A model generated the notes under the pieces. That model ran no database searches and was not told the origin of the DNA. It was given only the letters and a program-made list of their open reading frames with translations. A stretch of 64,000 bases of DNA from assembly GCF_900111905.1 (NCBI RefSeq), contig NZ_FOKM01000019.1:57172-121171 (forward strand), read 5' to 3'. Positions 20,518 through 31,079 of this stretch are shown piece by piece. The position numbers and the translations under genes are program-made. Each line of letters starts with the position of its first letter. Position 1 is the first letter of the stretch. Origin of the DNA: Rhizobium sp. NFR07. GTDB taxonomy: Bacteria; Pseudomonadota; Alphaproteobacteria; Rhizobiales; Rhizobiaceae.

Positions 20518-22677
20518 ATGCGTAAAGCTCTGGCTGTCATCATATGGGCTGCGATAGCGGTGTGCGTCATCGCCCTGATCACGCTCCCGGTAAGCCTGCA
20601 GACGCAATTAATCGCAAGTATCAGCGTTGTCACCTTCATGGCCATACTCAAGGTTCTCGGCGCGGACGGTCGCTGGCGACTTGTTGCGTTGGCCTTTGGA
20701 ACGGCGATCGTTCTGCGTTACGTGTATTGGCGAACTACGGAGACCCTTCCACCAGTCAATCAATTGGAAAACTTCATTCCGGGGCTGCTTCTTTACCTCG
20801 CAGAGGTCTACAGCGTCATGATGTTGACGCTGAGCTTTTTCATTGTCGCTACGCCGCTTCCGTCCCGACCCTCCAGGGCGAAGTCGCTAACGCATTTTCC
20901 GTCTGTCGACGTTTTCGTCCCTTCGTATAATGAAGATCCGGTACTGCTTGCGAACACTCTCGCTGCCGCCAAGGCGATGGATTACCCGGCCGAGAAGCTG
21001 CAAGTCTGGCTGTTGGACGACGGCGGCACGCTACAGAAGCGAAATGCTCCTGATATGCTAGAGGCTGAGACTGCGAATGGCCGTAATCGAGAGCTCTCGC
21101 AGCTGTGTGAGCAGCTTGGCGTGCGGTATCTCACCCGCGAGCGGAACGAGCATGCAAAAGCTGGAAACCTCAACAACGGCCTTGCCCATTCTGATGGCGA
21201 ACTCATTGCCGTCTTTGATGCCGATCATGCGCCAGCGCGTGACTTTCTGCTTGAGACGGTTGGTTACTTTGATGACGACCCAAAACTGTTTCTCGTCCAG
21301 ACTCCGCACTTCTTCTTAAATCCTGACCCTCTGGAACGTAATTTACGTACCTTTGATACCATGCCGAGCGAGAACGAAATGTTCTACGGCATTATCCAGC
21401 GAGGTCTCGACAAGTGGAATGCGTCCTTCTTCTGTGGTTCCGCGGCGGTCTTGAGCCGCCGCGCTCTTCAGGTCACCGACGGCTTCAGTGGCGTAAGCAT
21501 TACCGAAGACTGCGAGACTGCCCTTGCCCTGCACGGCGCCGGATGGAACAGTGTTTATGTCGACAAACCATTGATCGCTGGGCTTCAGCCTGCAACGTTT
21601 GCCAGCTTTATCGGTCAACGAAGCCGTTGGGCGCAAGGGATGATGCAGATCCTGCGTTTTCGAATGCCGCTGTTTAAGGGCGGCCTCACTATCCCGCAGC
21701 GACTCTGCTACATGTCATCGACCTTGTTCTGGTTGTTCCCTTTTCCACGCACCATCTTCCTCTTCGCGCCTCTGTTTTACCTTTTCTTCGATTTGGAAAT
21801 ATTCAACGCGTCAGGTGGCGAGTTTTTGGCCTACACTCTCGCTTACATGCTCGTGAACCTCATGATGCAAAACTATCTTTACGGCTCTTTTCGGTGGCCT
21901 TGGATTTCCGAGCTTTATGAGTTTGTCCAGACCGTGCATCTACTGCCAGCTGTCGTATCAGTCATCCTCAATCCTCGTAAGCCGACCTTCAAAGTAACTG
22001 CGAAGGACGAGTCCGTTGCAGTCAGCCGCTTGTCTGAAATCAGTCGCCCCTTCTTCGTTATATTCGCCGTGCAGATCTTAGCCCTGCTGGTGACGATCTA
22101 TCGTGTCTACGCTGAACCATACAAAGCTGACGTGACACTTGTTGTCGGCGGTTGGAACGTCATTAACCTCATCCTTGCGGGTTGCGCACTCGGGGTGGTC
22201 TCGGAACGAGGCGAGAAGGCGGCCGCCCGGCGTGTGAAGGCTCAACGGCGCTGCGAGTTTGGGGCGGGCGGTCAATGGTACTCAGCGTCAATCGAGGACG
22301 TGTCCGTAGGCGGAGCTCGGTTGCAAATCTTCGGGCGCGACGCCGCGACGCTAGAGCCAGGCACGACCGCTGAGATTCGTTTCAAACCACATAGTGGCGG
22401 CGAGAGTGCAGTTTTGCCTCTGATTGTGCGCGCCGTAGAGCGCACCGGTGAGGTGTCGCTCCTTGGGTGTCAGTACCAGCCAAGAGATGCGCTTGATCAT
22501 CGTTGGATCGCCGACCTTATTTTTGCGAACTCCTCCCAATGGGAGAATTTTCAGAAAAGCCGCCGTCGTAATCCAGGTCTTATCCGAGGTACGATTTGGT
22601 TTCTGGGCATGGCGCTATACCAAACTAGTCGAGGACTTGTATATTTTTCACGTGGACTTGGCAGGAGCGCACGATGA
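20518..22677 (+). CDS. bcsA: Cellulose synthase catalytic subunit (UDP-forming) with C-terminal PilZ domain
   Basis: GT2 motifs (LDDGG, FDADH, FFCGS, TED, QRSRWAQG = QxxRW); PilZ motifs RRVKAQRR (RxxxR) and DVSVGGARL (DxSxGG). Confidence 0.9.
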   Translation: MRKALAVIIWAAIAVCVIALITLPVSLQTQLIASISVVTFMAILKVLGADGRWRLVALAFGTAIVLRYVYWRTTETLPPVNQLENFIPGLLLYLAEVYSVMMLTLSFFIVATPLPSRPSRAKSLTHFPSVDVFVPSYNEDPVLLANTLAAAKAMDYPAEKLQVWLLDDGGTLQKRNAPDMLEAETANGRNRELSQLCEQLGVRYLTRERNEHAKAGNLNNGLAHSDGELIAVFDADHAPARDFLLETVGYFDDDPKLFLVQTPHFFLNPDPLERNLRTFDTMPSENEMFYGIIQRGLDKWNASFFCGSAAVLSRRALQVTDGFSGVSITEDCETALALHGAGWNSVYVDKPLIAGLQPATFASFIGQRSRWAQGMMQILRFRMPLFKGGLTIPQRLCYMSSTLFWLFPFPRTIFLFAPLFYLFFDLEIFNASGGEFLAYTLAYMLVNLMMQNYLYGSFRWPWISELYEFVQTVHLLPAVVSVILNPRKPTFKVTAKDESVAVSRLSEISRPFFVIFAVQILALLVTIYRVYAEPYKADVTLVVGGWNVINLILAGCALGVVSERGEKAAARRVKAQRRCEFGAGGQWYSASIEDVSVGGARLQIFGRDAATLEPGTTAEIRFKPHSGGESAVLPLIVRAVERTGEVSLLGCQYQPRDALDHRWIADLIFANSSQWENFQKSRRRNPGLIRGTIWFLGMALYQTSRGLVYFSRGLGRSAR

Positions 22678-25097
22678 AAAAGCAGGCCCTTCGCGATGTT
22701 CTCTTACTGCCTGTCATCATAGCATTACTCGGTACGACGGCAGGGCCCGCCAAATCGCAGCCAGCCCCCTTCGACATGACGCCAGAGAGGCCCGCGGAGC
22801 CGCCTGCAGCTCCAAGTTTTCGCTGGCCGCAGGCTGGGCACCCCACTGCCTCGCCCCCCTTCAGTGTCCCGACCGCCCCAACACCTCCAGCCACGGAGCC
22901 GCGCGCGAAACCGAACAATCCCTCGGCGCAGACGCGACCAGAGATCGGCACGCGCCGTTATATTATTCCTAGCAAGAGCCTTGTAATGGAAGGCGAGGAG
23001 GACCGTCGCGTCTGGTCAATTTATCTCTCTGAACAGCAGGCAAAAGCTAAAGCAAAGTTTCACCTGGGCTTTCAAAATGCAGTCGTCATCGCTCCGGAAA
23101 TCTCCCAAATTTCTGTGCTGATCAATGGCCAGTTGGTCGGAGATGCGTCGGTTGCTTTCCCGGACGCTCCAGGATCGCGTGTCTTTGACATACCGTCGAC
23201 CTTACTCCAACCAGGCTCGAACCGAATTGAAATTCGGTCTGTTCAGCGTCATCGGACGGATTGCAGCATCGACTCCACCTATGAACTGTGGACCGACATT
23301 GATCCGGCCGAGACTTTTTTGAGCTTCGACAGCCTGCCAGATGCCCGGCCTTCGTTAGCTGATGCGATCCGGGCGATTGGTCCAGATGAAAACGGCAATA
23401 CAGACTTCGAGGTTCTGATGCCAGCAGTTGGCCAGGCCGCGGCCGGCGAAACACTGGTTCGGTTGTCGCAAGGGCTCTCTCTTTTGTCCGGTATGCCAAA
23501 TCAAAATTTCAAGATAGAGCGATCGCAGCTGGGCGCTCCGGCACCGGGCCGCATCGGTATCGTCATCGGCACTGCATCAGAGCTTCAGCCCATCTTTGGT
23601 GACCTTCCTGCCGGATCACAAACTGCCCCCGTCGCGACACTCGCGACCGATCCTCGCACGGAGGGTCAAGTGCTGTTGATTACTGGGCCGGACTGGAGGG
23701 GAGTTGCGGCAGCCGTCGATTCTATCGTGTCCCCGCTCGCGCCTCCCCGTGACATTCGTCGCGACGCAATTTCCACACAGCGCTGGAGCGCACCGGACGC
23801 CCCGCTCTTATTCGGCGGTGAGCGCTTAAGTCTGTCTGAGCTTGGGGTCGATAATGTCGAATTTGCGGGACGACGGATCAGGGCAAATTTCAATATCGGC
23901 GTTCCTGCTGATTTCTATGCCAATGCATACGGAGAGGCGACACTGCTCCTGGACGCGGCTTTTGCCGAATCCGTTTTGCCAGGGAGCCACTTTGATGTTT
24001 ACGTAAACGGCAATATAGCCTCGACCATGCCGATCACGTCGCAGAAAGGCGGCATACTTCGTCACATGCCAATCAGAGTAACACTTCGGCATTTCAAGCC
24101 GGGTGTTAACAACATCGCCCTAGAAGCTGTCGTGTTGACTGAAAGCGACAAAGTCTGTCAACCTGGCGCTACGTCATTAAAAGAGCCAAGGATCGCGGTG
24201 TTTGGAACTTCCGAGTGGGCGATGCCAACCTTCGCTCGAATCGGTCAAATCCCAAATCTGGCGGGCCTCGCTGGAACAGGGTTTCCCTATGGCAGAGGAA
24301 CCGAGCCCTTGCTCCTGGCGTCAGCACGACTTGACGCAGATACACTTGCTGCGACGTCAACTTTTATGGCCAGGCTAGCGCTTTCTGCTGGGCGGCTCAT
24401 TCCGATCGAGATACTTGCAAGCCAGAGCACGATCGGTGAGCGCAACGTGCTGTTCTTCGGCGCGCTCTCGGACATGCCGGACAAGTTTTTCGCGCAGCTG
24501 AAAATCGATCCAAACAGCGTCGCGGCTTGGCGATCGGTTGGCGACCTGACTGTAAACGGCGTCAATTCCCCGGTGAGCTTTGATGAATGGCGTTCACGGG
24601 TGCGGGGTGGTGCTTGGAGTGGTCAAATCAGTGCATTGCAAGAATGGTTGCGCCGCAACTTTGATATCACTCTTTCATCCCTTCAGTTTGCTCCAGGCAA
24701 AGAGCCTGCCTTTGCGCCAACCCTTAACCAGAGTCTCGTGATTGCGCAGGGCAGCAGTCCGCAAGGGGCTGCGATTTGGACCGCAGTGACCGCGCCGACC
24801 GTTGAAGAACTTAGCAAAGGGGTTAAGGCGATCACTATGCGAGAGCAATGGAGCAAGGTTTCGGGGCGGATCGCAGCTTACGAGGTAAAATCGGGAGAAC
24901 TGACTTCAGTCAGCGCCAATGATGTGAAGTTCGTCAGAACGATGTCAGAGTCTTCGCTGAACAACTATCGCTTAGTAATCGCGAACTGGTTGTCGACGAA
25001 CGTTCTTACGTACGCTGTGCTGCTCGTCGTGCTAGCCACAGTACTCGGGCTTGCCACCGCGGCGATGCTCGGAAGTCTCGGGCGGCGAGATCGATGA
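22674..25097 (+). CDS. bcsB: Cellulose synthase regulatory (cyclic di-GMP-binding) subunit BcsB
   Basis: 807 aa; N-terminal signal peptide, large periplasmic region, single C-terminal TM anchor; translationally coupled to bcsA (ATGA overlap). Confidence 0.8.
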   Translation: MKKQALRDVLLLPVIIALLGTTAGPAKSQPAPFDMTPERPAEPPAAPSFRWPQAGHPTASPPFSVPTAPTPPATEPRAKPNNPSAQTRPEIGTRRYIIPSKSLVMEGEEDRRVWSIYLSEQQAKAKAKFHLGFQNAVVIAPEISQISVLINGQLVGDASVAFPDAPGSRVFDIPSTLLQPGSNRIEIRSVQRHRTDCSIDSTYELWTDIDPAETFLSFDSLPDARPSLADAIRAIGPDENGNTDFEVLMPAVGQAAAGETLVRLSQGLSLLSGMPNQNFKIERSQLGAPAPGRIGIVIGTASELQPIFGDLPAGSQTAPVATLATDPRTEGQVLLITGPDWRGVAAAVDSIVSPLAPPRDIRRDAISTQRWSAPDAPLLFGGERLSLSELGVDNVEFAGRRIRANFNIGVPADFYANAYGEATLLLDAAFAESVLPGSHFDVYVNGNIASTMPITSQKGGILRHMPIRVTLRHFKPGVNNIALEAVVLTESDKVCQPGATSLKEPRIAVFGTSEWAMPTFARIGQIPNLAGLAGTGFPYGRGTEPLLLASARLDADTLAATSTFMARLALSAGRLIPIEILASQSTIGERNVLFFGALSDMPDKFFAQLKIDPNSVAAWRSVGDLTVNGVNSPVSFDEWRSRVRGGAWSGQISALQEWLRRNFDITLSSLQFAPGKEPAFAPTLNQSLVIAQGSSPQGAAIWTAVTAPTVEELSKGVKAITMREQWSKVSGRIAAYEVKSGELTSVSANDVKFVRTMSESSLNNYRLVIANWLSTNVLTYAVLLVVLATVLGLATAAMLGSLGRRDR

Positions 25098-26140
25098 GAG
25101 GGTTTGCGCTGGTTCTTGTGGGCCTGCTTGCCACGTTCACTGGTGGTGCCACAGCGCAAACGCAACAAGAGCTTGTTAACCCTAGCCATTGGCAAGAATA
25201 TAAAAGTCGCTTCTTAGACCGGAGCGGCCGGATTGTCGATAATGGAAATAGCGGCATCAGTCATAGCGAAGGGCAGGGGTATGGATTGTTGCTCGCCTAT
25301 TTGTCAGGCAGCAGTGCCGACTTCGAGCAAATCTGGTCTTTCACCAAAACGGAGCTTCTACTGCGGGACGATGGCCTTGCAGTCTGGAAGTGGGATCCGA
25401 AATCTGAACCACACGTGGTCGATACAAATAACGCCACGGACGGCGACATTCTGATCGCCTACGCGCTGGCCCTGGCAGGATCTGCTTGGAATAGGGAGGA
25501 GTACTTGGCGTCGGCATCAAAAATCGCGAAGGCGATTCTGACGAAGACCGTGGTTGTTGCTGCAGGCAGAACCATTCTCCTGCCAGGAGTTCAGGGGTTC
25601 GGTGCAGCTGATCGACAGGATGGACCCGTCATCAATCCGTCCTACTGGGTATTCGAGGCTCTTCCCGTGATGAAGGTGCTTGCCCCCTCGGACAAATGGG
25701 ACCGTTTGAAAGACGACGGACTGCGATTGATTGAAGCTCTCCAGCTTGGCCCGAAAAAATTGCCGCCAGAGTGGGCTAGTCTCAAGTCGCGGCCGAAGCA
25801 AGCGGAACGTTTTGCCCCTCAGTTTTCCTACAACGCTATACGAATACCGCTTTATATGATGCGCGCAGGTATCAATGATCCTGCCAATCTACAGAGGTTT
25901 TTGGACAACATGGGCGGGGCTGAGGGAATTGCGTACACCATTGATTTGCCAAGCGGACAAACTCTTGAGCCATTGTCCGATCGCGGTTATCAAATCATTA
26001 ACCATATTATGGCTTGTGTATTGTATGGGGCTCGGTTGCCGCAGGCCGACCTTCAGTTTGCGCCTGAGCTATATTACCCATCAACACTCCAGTTGCTCGG
26101 GCTTGCTCTAGTTAAGGAGAGACACCCGGAGTGTCTGTGA
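25094..26140 (+). CDS. bcsZ: GH8 endo-1,4-beta-glucanase BcsZ/CelC
   Basis: GH8 signatures (SEGQGYGL, ATDGD); signal peptide; ATGA overlap with bcsB. Confidence 0.85.
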   Translation: MRGFALVLVGLLATFTGGATAQTQQELVNPSHWQEYKSRFLDRSGRIVDNGNSGISHSEGQGYGLLLAYLSGSSADFEQIWSFTKTELLLRDDGLAVWKWDPKSEPHVVDTNNATDGDILIAYALALAGSAWNREEYLASASKIAKAILTKTVVVAAGRTILLPGVQGFGAADRQDGPVINPSYWVFEALPVMKVLAPSDKWDRLKDDGLRLIEALQLGPKKLPPEWASLKSRPKQAERFAPQFSYNAIRIPLYMMRAGINDPANLQRFLDNMGGAEGIAYTIDLPSGQTLEPLSDRGYQIINHIMACVLYGARLPQADLQFAPELYYPSTLQLLGLALVKERHPECL

Positions 26141-28341
26141 AGCTGTCATTTATCCTACTAGCAGCTACCGCAGCGGGCGCGAGCCTGCTTGCGACGATGA
26201 ATGACCGCGTCACCGCTACACCATCCTCCGAGGTAACCAGCAGCAGTGCGAGTGGCCGCCAGAGCCGACTTACATCCGAATCCGCGACGACCGGTCCGAA
26301 ACTACTCGCAACACAAATCAAGGCGGTGCAGTTCGCACAGAACGCACCGTCCGGAGCGTCTCAAGCATCAATGGAGTCTGGCTTACCCGCGATCACCCCG
26401 TCGCAACCGGCTCCGCCATACACAACTCAGGCACAGGCCACGCCTGGTCCCAGTTCGGGTAGCACTGGAACTTCCGATCCGAAGGCAGATCAGGTCGAGC
26501 CGGATTTAGCTGCGCTCCGCTATTTCGCGCAGCAGGGGGATACCGCGCGGCTGCAGGCCGAAATCGCGCGGCTTCGTGCCCTGTATCCAACGTGGGTGCC
26601 TCCGGATAATCCGTTAGCCGTTCCAGTCAATCATGACCGTCAATTGGAAGACATGTGGAGGCTCTATTCGGAAGGGCAATATGCCGAGGTACGCAAGTTA
26701 GTCGCGGCGCGTCAGGCTTCCGACCCGTCATGGCAGCCACCACAAGACCTTCTTGAACGGCTTGACGTTGCTGAGACAAGAGCGCGTCTCATAAACGCGT
26801 CGGATTCAAGCCAATTCGGGACTGTCGTAACGCTCGCGGCATCAACACCAAGTCTGTTGAACTGCGGAGATCCGGATGTTCTTTGGCGGTTGGCGGAAGC
26901 GTTCGAGCGAACGGACCGGACACAACGTAGCCTTGATGTGTACCGATACGTCCTGCAAAATTGCACGGACCCGAAACAACGGTTGGCGACCGTCCAGAAG
27001 GCTGCGGGCCTACTGCCTTACAAAACTTTCGCCACACTCTTATCATTCGAGAAGAATGACGAGTTTGCTAGCGTCCGGAACGATCTGGTTCGCCGTCAAG
27101 TCGCTGACGCCAATAAAACTCCAGGAAGCATTGTCGGACCTGACGTTCTCGATCGTCTAAGGGAGCTGGCTTCAGAGGGGAGGGATGCTTCCGACATGCT
27201 CCTCCTCGGTTGGTACGGAATTCGCCATAACAACATGGCCGACGCCGAAAACTGGTTTAGGATGGCGCGCGCACAAGGCGATAGCAGTTCCGCATCCCAA
27301 GGCTTATCGCTTGCTTTGGTAAGCCGCGGCGCTGCGGCAGAAGCCGAGCAGGTTATGCTTATCTGGAAGGATGACTCGGAAGAGGCGGGTGCGGTATATC
27401 TAGCGGCGACCGCCAGCCTCCTGTCTCAAAATCCGCCGTCAAAATTACCAGACGATGTCCTGCAGCGGATCGCAGCAGCGGCATTCGAGAAAAGGTATGT
27501 TCCGACAGCACAACTCCTTGGTTGGTATGCAAGGGCTTTCGGCCAACCGCAGACAGCTGCACGATGGTTCGAAACGGCTCTCGATTGGAAACCTGACGAT
27601 GAGCCGTCAGCCTATGGCCTAGCGATCACTCGTCAGCAACTAAACGACCGTAGTGGCGTGGCAACGATCCAGCAAAGCTGGGCTGGGCGATCTGACCGTA
27701 TCGCAAACCTGGGCTTGCTTGTGCCAAAGACGGTTCGTCCTTCCGCCATCGAGCCTACTCCGCAGACAGGAGTGCAATCGCGCTCACAGCCGACCGCCGA
27801 GCTTTCACGACCACGCTCTGCGCCTGCGCGACAACGCGATTGTTTGGCGACAGGGAGTTCAGCGAGTATGTCGGCATCCGCGGCCCTCGCGCGGGGATGG
27901 TGCTTGATGGAACTCAATCGACCGTTGGAAGCAGCCGAAGCATTTGAAACTGCACTCTTGAAGGGCGATGACAGGTCACGTTCCGATGCCTCTTATGGCC
28001 AGAGCCTCGCGTACTTGAGGCTTGGTCTGACGAATAAGGCGGCTGTCGCCGCAGCGAAAGCTCCACAGAGAAAGGGAAGATCAGTCGAATTACAACTGGC
28101 AATCCTAGCGGACCGCGCCAACTCTGCGTTCAATGCTGGAAGGTTTCGTGAGGCGATCGTTCATCTTGATCAGCGCGCCAGGTTCCAGCCTGAAGCCTCC
28201 GATCTAATGGTATTGAGAGCCTACGCTTTGCAGAACCTTGGTGATAACGTCCAAGCACTCAGGCTCTTCGAAGCGGTCGCGGAAACCGGAAATCGTGACG
28301 CGATCCGAGCGGCGGCGGATTTAAGGACATCATTACAATAG
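26131..28341 (+). CDS. TPR-repeat protein, tentatively BcsK-like (BcsC N-terminal-like, no beta-barrel)
   Basis: 736 aa; signal peptide, Ser/Thr/Pro-rich linker, multiple TPR-like repeats; GTG start with AAGGAGAG SD; last gene of the operon. Confidence 0.5.
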   Translation: MSVKLSFILLAATAAGASLLATMNDRVTATPSSEVTSSSASGRQSRLTSESATTGPKLLATQIKAVQFAQNAPSGASQASMESGLPAITPSQPAPPYTTQAQATPGPSSGSTGTSDPKADQVEPDLAALRYFAQQGDTARLQAEIARLRALYPTWVPPDNPLAVPVNHDRQLEDMWRLYSEGQYAEVRKLVAARQASDPSWQPPQDLLERLDVAETRARLINASDSSQFGTVVTLAASTPSLLNCGDPDVLWRLAEAFERTDRTQRSLDVYRYVLQNCTDPKQRLATVQKAAGLLPYKTFATLLSFEKNDEFASVRNDLVRRQVADANKTPGSIVGPDVLDRLRELASEGRDASDMLLLGWYGIRHNNMADAENWFRMARAQGDSSSASQGLSLALVSRGAAAEAEQVMLIWKDDSEEAGAVYLAATASLLSQNPPSKLPDDVLQRIAAAAFEKRYVPTAQLLGWYARAFGQPQTAARWFETALDWKPDDEPSAYGLAITRQQLNDRSGVATIQQSWAGRSDRIANLGLLVPKTVRPSAIEPTPQTGVQSRSQPTAELSRPRSAPARQRDCLATGSSASMSASAALARGWCLMELNRPLEAAEAFETALLKGDDRSRSDASYGQSLAYLRLGLTNKAAVAAAKAPQRKGRSVELQLAILADRANSAFNAGRFREAIVHLDQRARFQPEASDLMVLRAYALQNLGDNVQALRLFEAVAETGNRDAIRAAADLRTSLQ

Positions 28342-29539
28342 TCTCTGCGATGATCCAGTTAATGCGGCTATTGCAGAAACGGCGCTGCGTGCTTGGGCAA
28401 CTCCGCGCTGGCAGGGCCCGGCCGACTCTGTCGTTACTGATGTCGGCGACTTGGCTCAGTCCATCTAGCAAGCCGAGTGCTTGAAGGACGCCTGTATAGA
28501 GGCCAATGCCGACATTGGCGTCGCCAGCCTCGATCTTTGAAGCGTTGGGCGTGAAGTGAAGGCGCGCTCGCCTACTACGACATCGGCAGGCGGCGATGTC
28601 GGCGTGCGTCGTGGATGTCCGCACCCAGTTTGCGCAGCGCGCGCCGCACAGCGGCCGGAGGGTCATGAGGTGTTGGCTATTGCTCGCTTTGCACGACAGA
28701 TTTGCCGAATATGTAGCACGAAGATTACAATTTCAGAGGGGTTGCCTAGTTGGACGCTGATAGTTTCGGTGCCAGTGGCACGGGTTGGAGCGGGAGCAGG
28801 TCACATACAGGAATCTGCGCGCTTAGCCCTCTCGGTCGGCAGCTAGTGACGTAATCAGAAGCCGCGGATGTTCAAATACGGCGATCTTGCAATAGACAAA
28901 TCGAGAAAGCAGTGGCTTAGACAAGTCAGAGTAATGGGTCGGCGGTTCCAATAAGACCACGTATTGACTATGCCTGCAAACGTACCCGGACGCGTACGCA
29001 AATGCTCATCCCTCAGGTCGCGCATTTTGCTGGCGGGAAACGCTCTGGATATGGGAACCGCCGCGCCGTACTTGAAAGAGCTCGCCAGGTTAGGTCACCT
29101 CCGACGCCCTAAGCCTGTTCTTTGTCACCAGCGAAAAGGGGCAGCGCCGTTCAGACGCTGAGATGCGGGGGGAAAGGAAGAGGGAGCGGCACGGGACCGG
29201 GGAGTAGAGGTTTTCGCTTCCATCCTTCGTGTCAAAACCGACTTACGCATGCTTGGACAGAGGCCCGAAGCAGATCGATCTCGACAAGCTCGCCCCAAAA
29301 AACATCGATGCGGATAGCTTATCCGAGCTAGCAATTCCATTTAATAATAAAACCGCTTCGGTTGTCCGCAACGGATAATTTGCATGCTGGTCGTCACAAA
29401 CAGTTTCGGCATCCGCTCGTAGCGTCGGCTGTGCGACTAGGTTCAGCGCAAAGCGTTCGTCCACAGGCGCGATTGATGAAATTAACCATATTCACCGGTT
29501 TGCATTGCGCAAAATCAGCGCTCGCCTAATTTCGTTAAT

Positions 29540-29743
29540 ATGTTGTTAACCAGCTTCCTTAAGGCCTCATCCCGGATGATAATCCTATCCAGGCAGTATG
29601 CGATGCTGGTCGCCTCGACGGCCGCCTTTGCCGTTCTGGCGCTCGACATTGCCTATCCGGCGATGGTTCTGAGCATCATGGCGGCGATGCGCTGGCTTCT
29701 GCCGGAGCTTTATCTGGCAACGGCGAGGGAACTGGCTGCATGA
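29540..29743 (+). CDS. Small hydrophobic protein (alternative starts possible at 29576)
   Basis: Predicted TM helix; ATGA start/stop overlap with the downstream small ORF. Confidence 0.3.
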   Translation: MLLTSFLKASSRMIILSRQYAMLVASTAAFAVLALDIAYPAMVLSIMAAMRWLLPELYLATARELAA

Positions 29744-30072
29744 AGTGGTTCATCATTCTCTGGGCTGGCCCCGTGGCGCTTCTCGGCAGCTGGTACGGCC
29801 TTTCCTATTACGACATGAGCTTCGGCTTCTTCATGCTGACCCGCCAGACCCATGACCTTGTTTTCCAGGTCTATGGCAATGTTCTCGGCATTCCGCCGGA
29901 AACCATTCCGCCGCTCGTCGCCCGTGCCATCGCATTCGACAGCCTGATCGTGCTGGCCATTGTCGCTTTCCGCAAGCGCAAGGCGATCGCCGCATGGTGG
30001 CGCCGGCGTCAGTCTTCGAAAGGGGAACTGGCCTCAGCGCGCAGCGAAGAGAGCCTGTCCAGCGCTCCCTGA
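29740..30072 (+). CDS. Small membrane protein (110 aa, 2 TM)
   Basis: [24 protein letters not shown]... two hydrophobic helices; translationally coupled to upstream ORF; 3' end overlaps convergent ruvX by ~60 nt. Confidence 0.4.
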   Translation: MKWFIILWAGPVALLGSWYGLSYYDMSFGFFMLTRQTHDLVFQVYGNVLGIPPETIPPLVARAIAFDSLIVLAIVAFRKRKAIAAWWRRRQSSKGELASARSEESLSSAP

Positions 30073-30503
30073 AGAATGAAGCTTGCGGCGGCCGAATCGA
30101 TCCGCTCGGCCCGCTTGGCGCGCGAGACGTCCATTTCCAGCAGCGCCCGCTCCGCCGCGACGGTTGAAAGCCGCTCATCCCAGAAGACGAAGGGCAGGGC
30201 GGTCTTTTCCGACATCGAGCGCACGAAGGCACGCGTCGCCTGGACGCGGGGACCGGCCGAGCCGTCCATATTCGTCGGCAGCCCGATGACGAAGGCAGCC
30301 ACCTTTTCCCTGGCCGCAAAATCCAGGAGCGTCACCGCATCCTGTGTGAACTTCACCCGTTTGATCACCTGCCGTGGCGACGAGAAACGGCGGCCGAGAT
30401 CCGACATGGCAAGCCCGATCGTCTTGGTGCCGAGGTCGAGCCCGGCAATCGCCTGGTTCGGCTGGAGCTTTTCGGCCAGTTCCTCGATCGTCAATGTTGC
30501 CAT
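30009..30503 (-). CDS. ruvX: Holliday junction resolvase-like protein RuvX/YqgF
   Basis: [16 protein letters not shown]-terminus and RNase H-like fold. Confidence 0.85.
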   Translation of the reverse strand: MATLTIEELAEKLQPNQAIAGLDLGTKTIGLAMSDLGRRFSSPRQVIKRVKFTQDAVTLLDFAAREKVAAFVIGLPTNMDGSAGPRVQATRAFVRSMSEKTALPFVFWDERLSTVAAERALLEMDVSRAKRAERIDSAAASFILQGALDRLSSLRAEASSPFED

Positions 30504-30527
30504 ATCTCTTGTCCTGCCTTTTGAGCG

Positions 30528-30833
30528 TTAGGTCTTCTTGCGGACGAATTCGGTGCGCAGCACCAGGCCCTTGATCGTATCATGCCGGCAGTCGATTTCC
30601 TCGGGATTGTCCGTGAGGCGGATCGAGCGGATGACGGTGCCCTGTTTCAGTGTCTGACCGGCACCCTTGACCTTCAGGTCCTTGATCAGGGTCACGGCGT
30701 CGCCGTCCACGAGCACATTGCCAGATGCGTCCCGCACAGCCGATTTTTCGGCAGCCTTTGCCGCGGCTTCTGAAGCGGGCAGCCATTCGCCCGTTGCTTC
30801 GTCGTAAACATAATCGTCGTCACTGGTGGACAT
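30528..30833 (-). CDS. PhnA/YjdC-family protein (C-terminal domain only; no N-terminal zinc ribbon)
   Basis: GNVLVDGDAVTLIKDLKVKGAGQTLKQGT...EIDCRHDTIKGLVLRTEFVRKK matches the E. coli PhnA C-terminal half. Confidence 0.7.
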   Translation of the reverse strand: MSTSDDDYVYDEATGEWLPASEAAAKAAEKSAVRDASGNVLVDGDAVTLIKDLKVKGAGQTLKQGTVIRSIRLTDNPEEIDCRHDTIKGLVLRTEFVRKKT

Positions 30834-31079
30834 GCCAAATCCTTGCGTCATGAAAAATAGCGACGCTGCGGTTATGATGTTTGATGAAACGGCAACGTCG
30901 GTGGTCGCTTATCGCACGCGTGTAGGGCTTGCAACCAAAGTGGCCTGTTTCTCTACTTCCGGTCTGTCGTCTTGTCCGTGGCTTTGCGTAGTGCTTGCCT
31001 GCAGGCGTTGCCACCGATTCGAACCGCCTTATATTTTGCCCTCATATTCCTCCCGCCCCGTATTCCAAGGAGTTCCCCC

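Noticed and set aside
28259-28666. 135-aa minus-strand ORF
   Set aside because: Overlaps the 3' end of the BcsK-like gene and has no start context; only its internal fragment is noted as a possible remnant.
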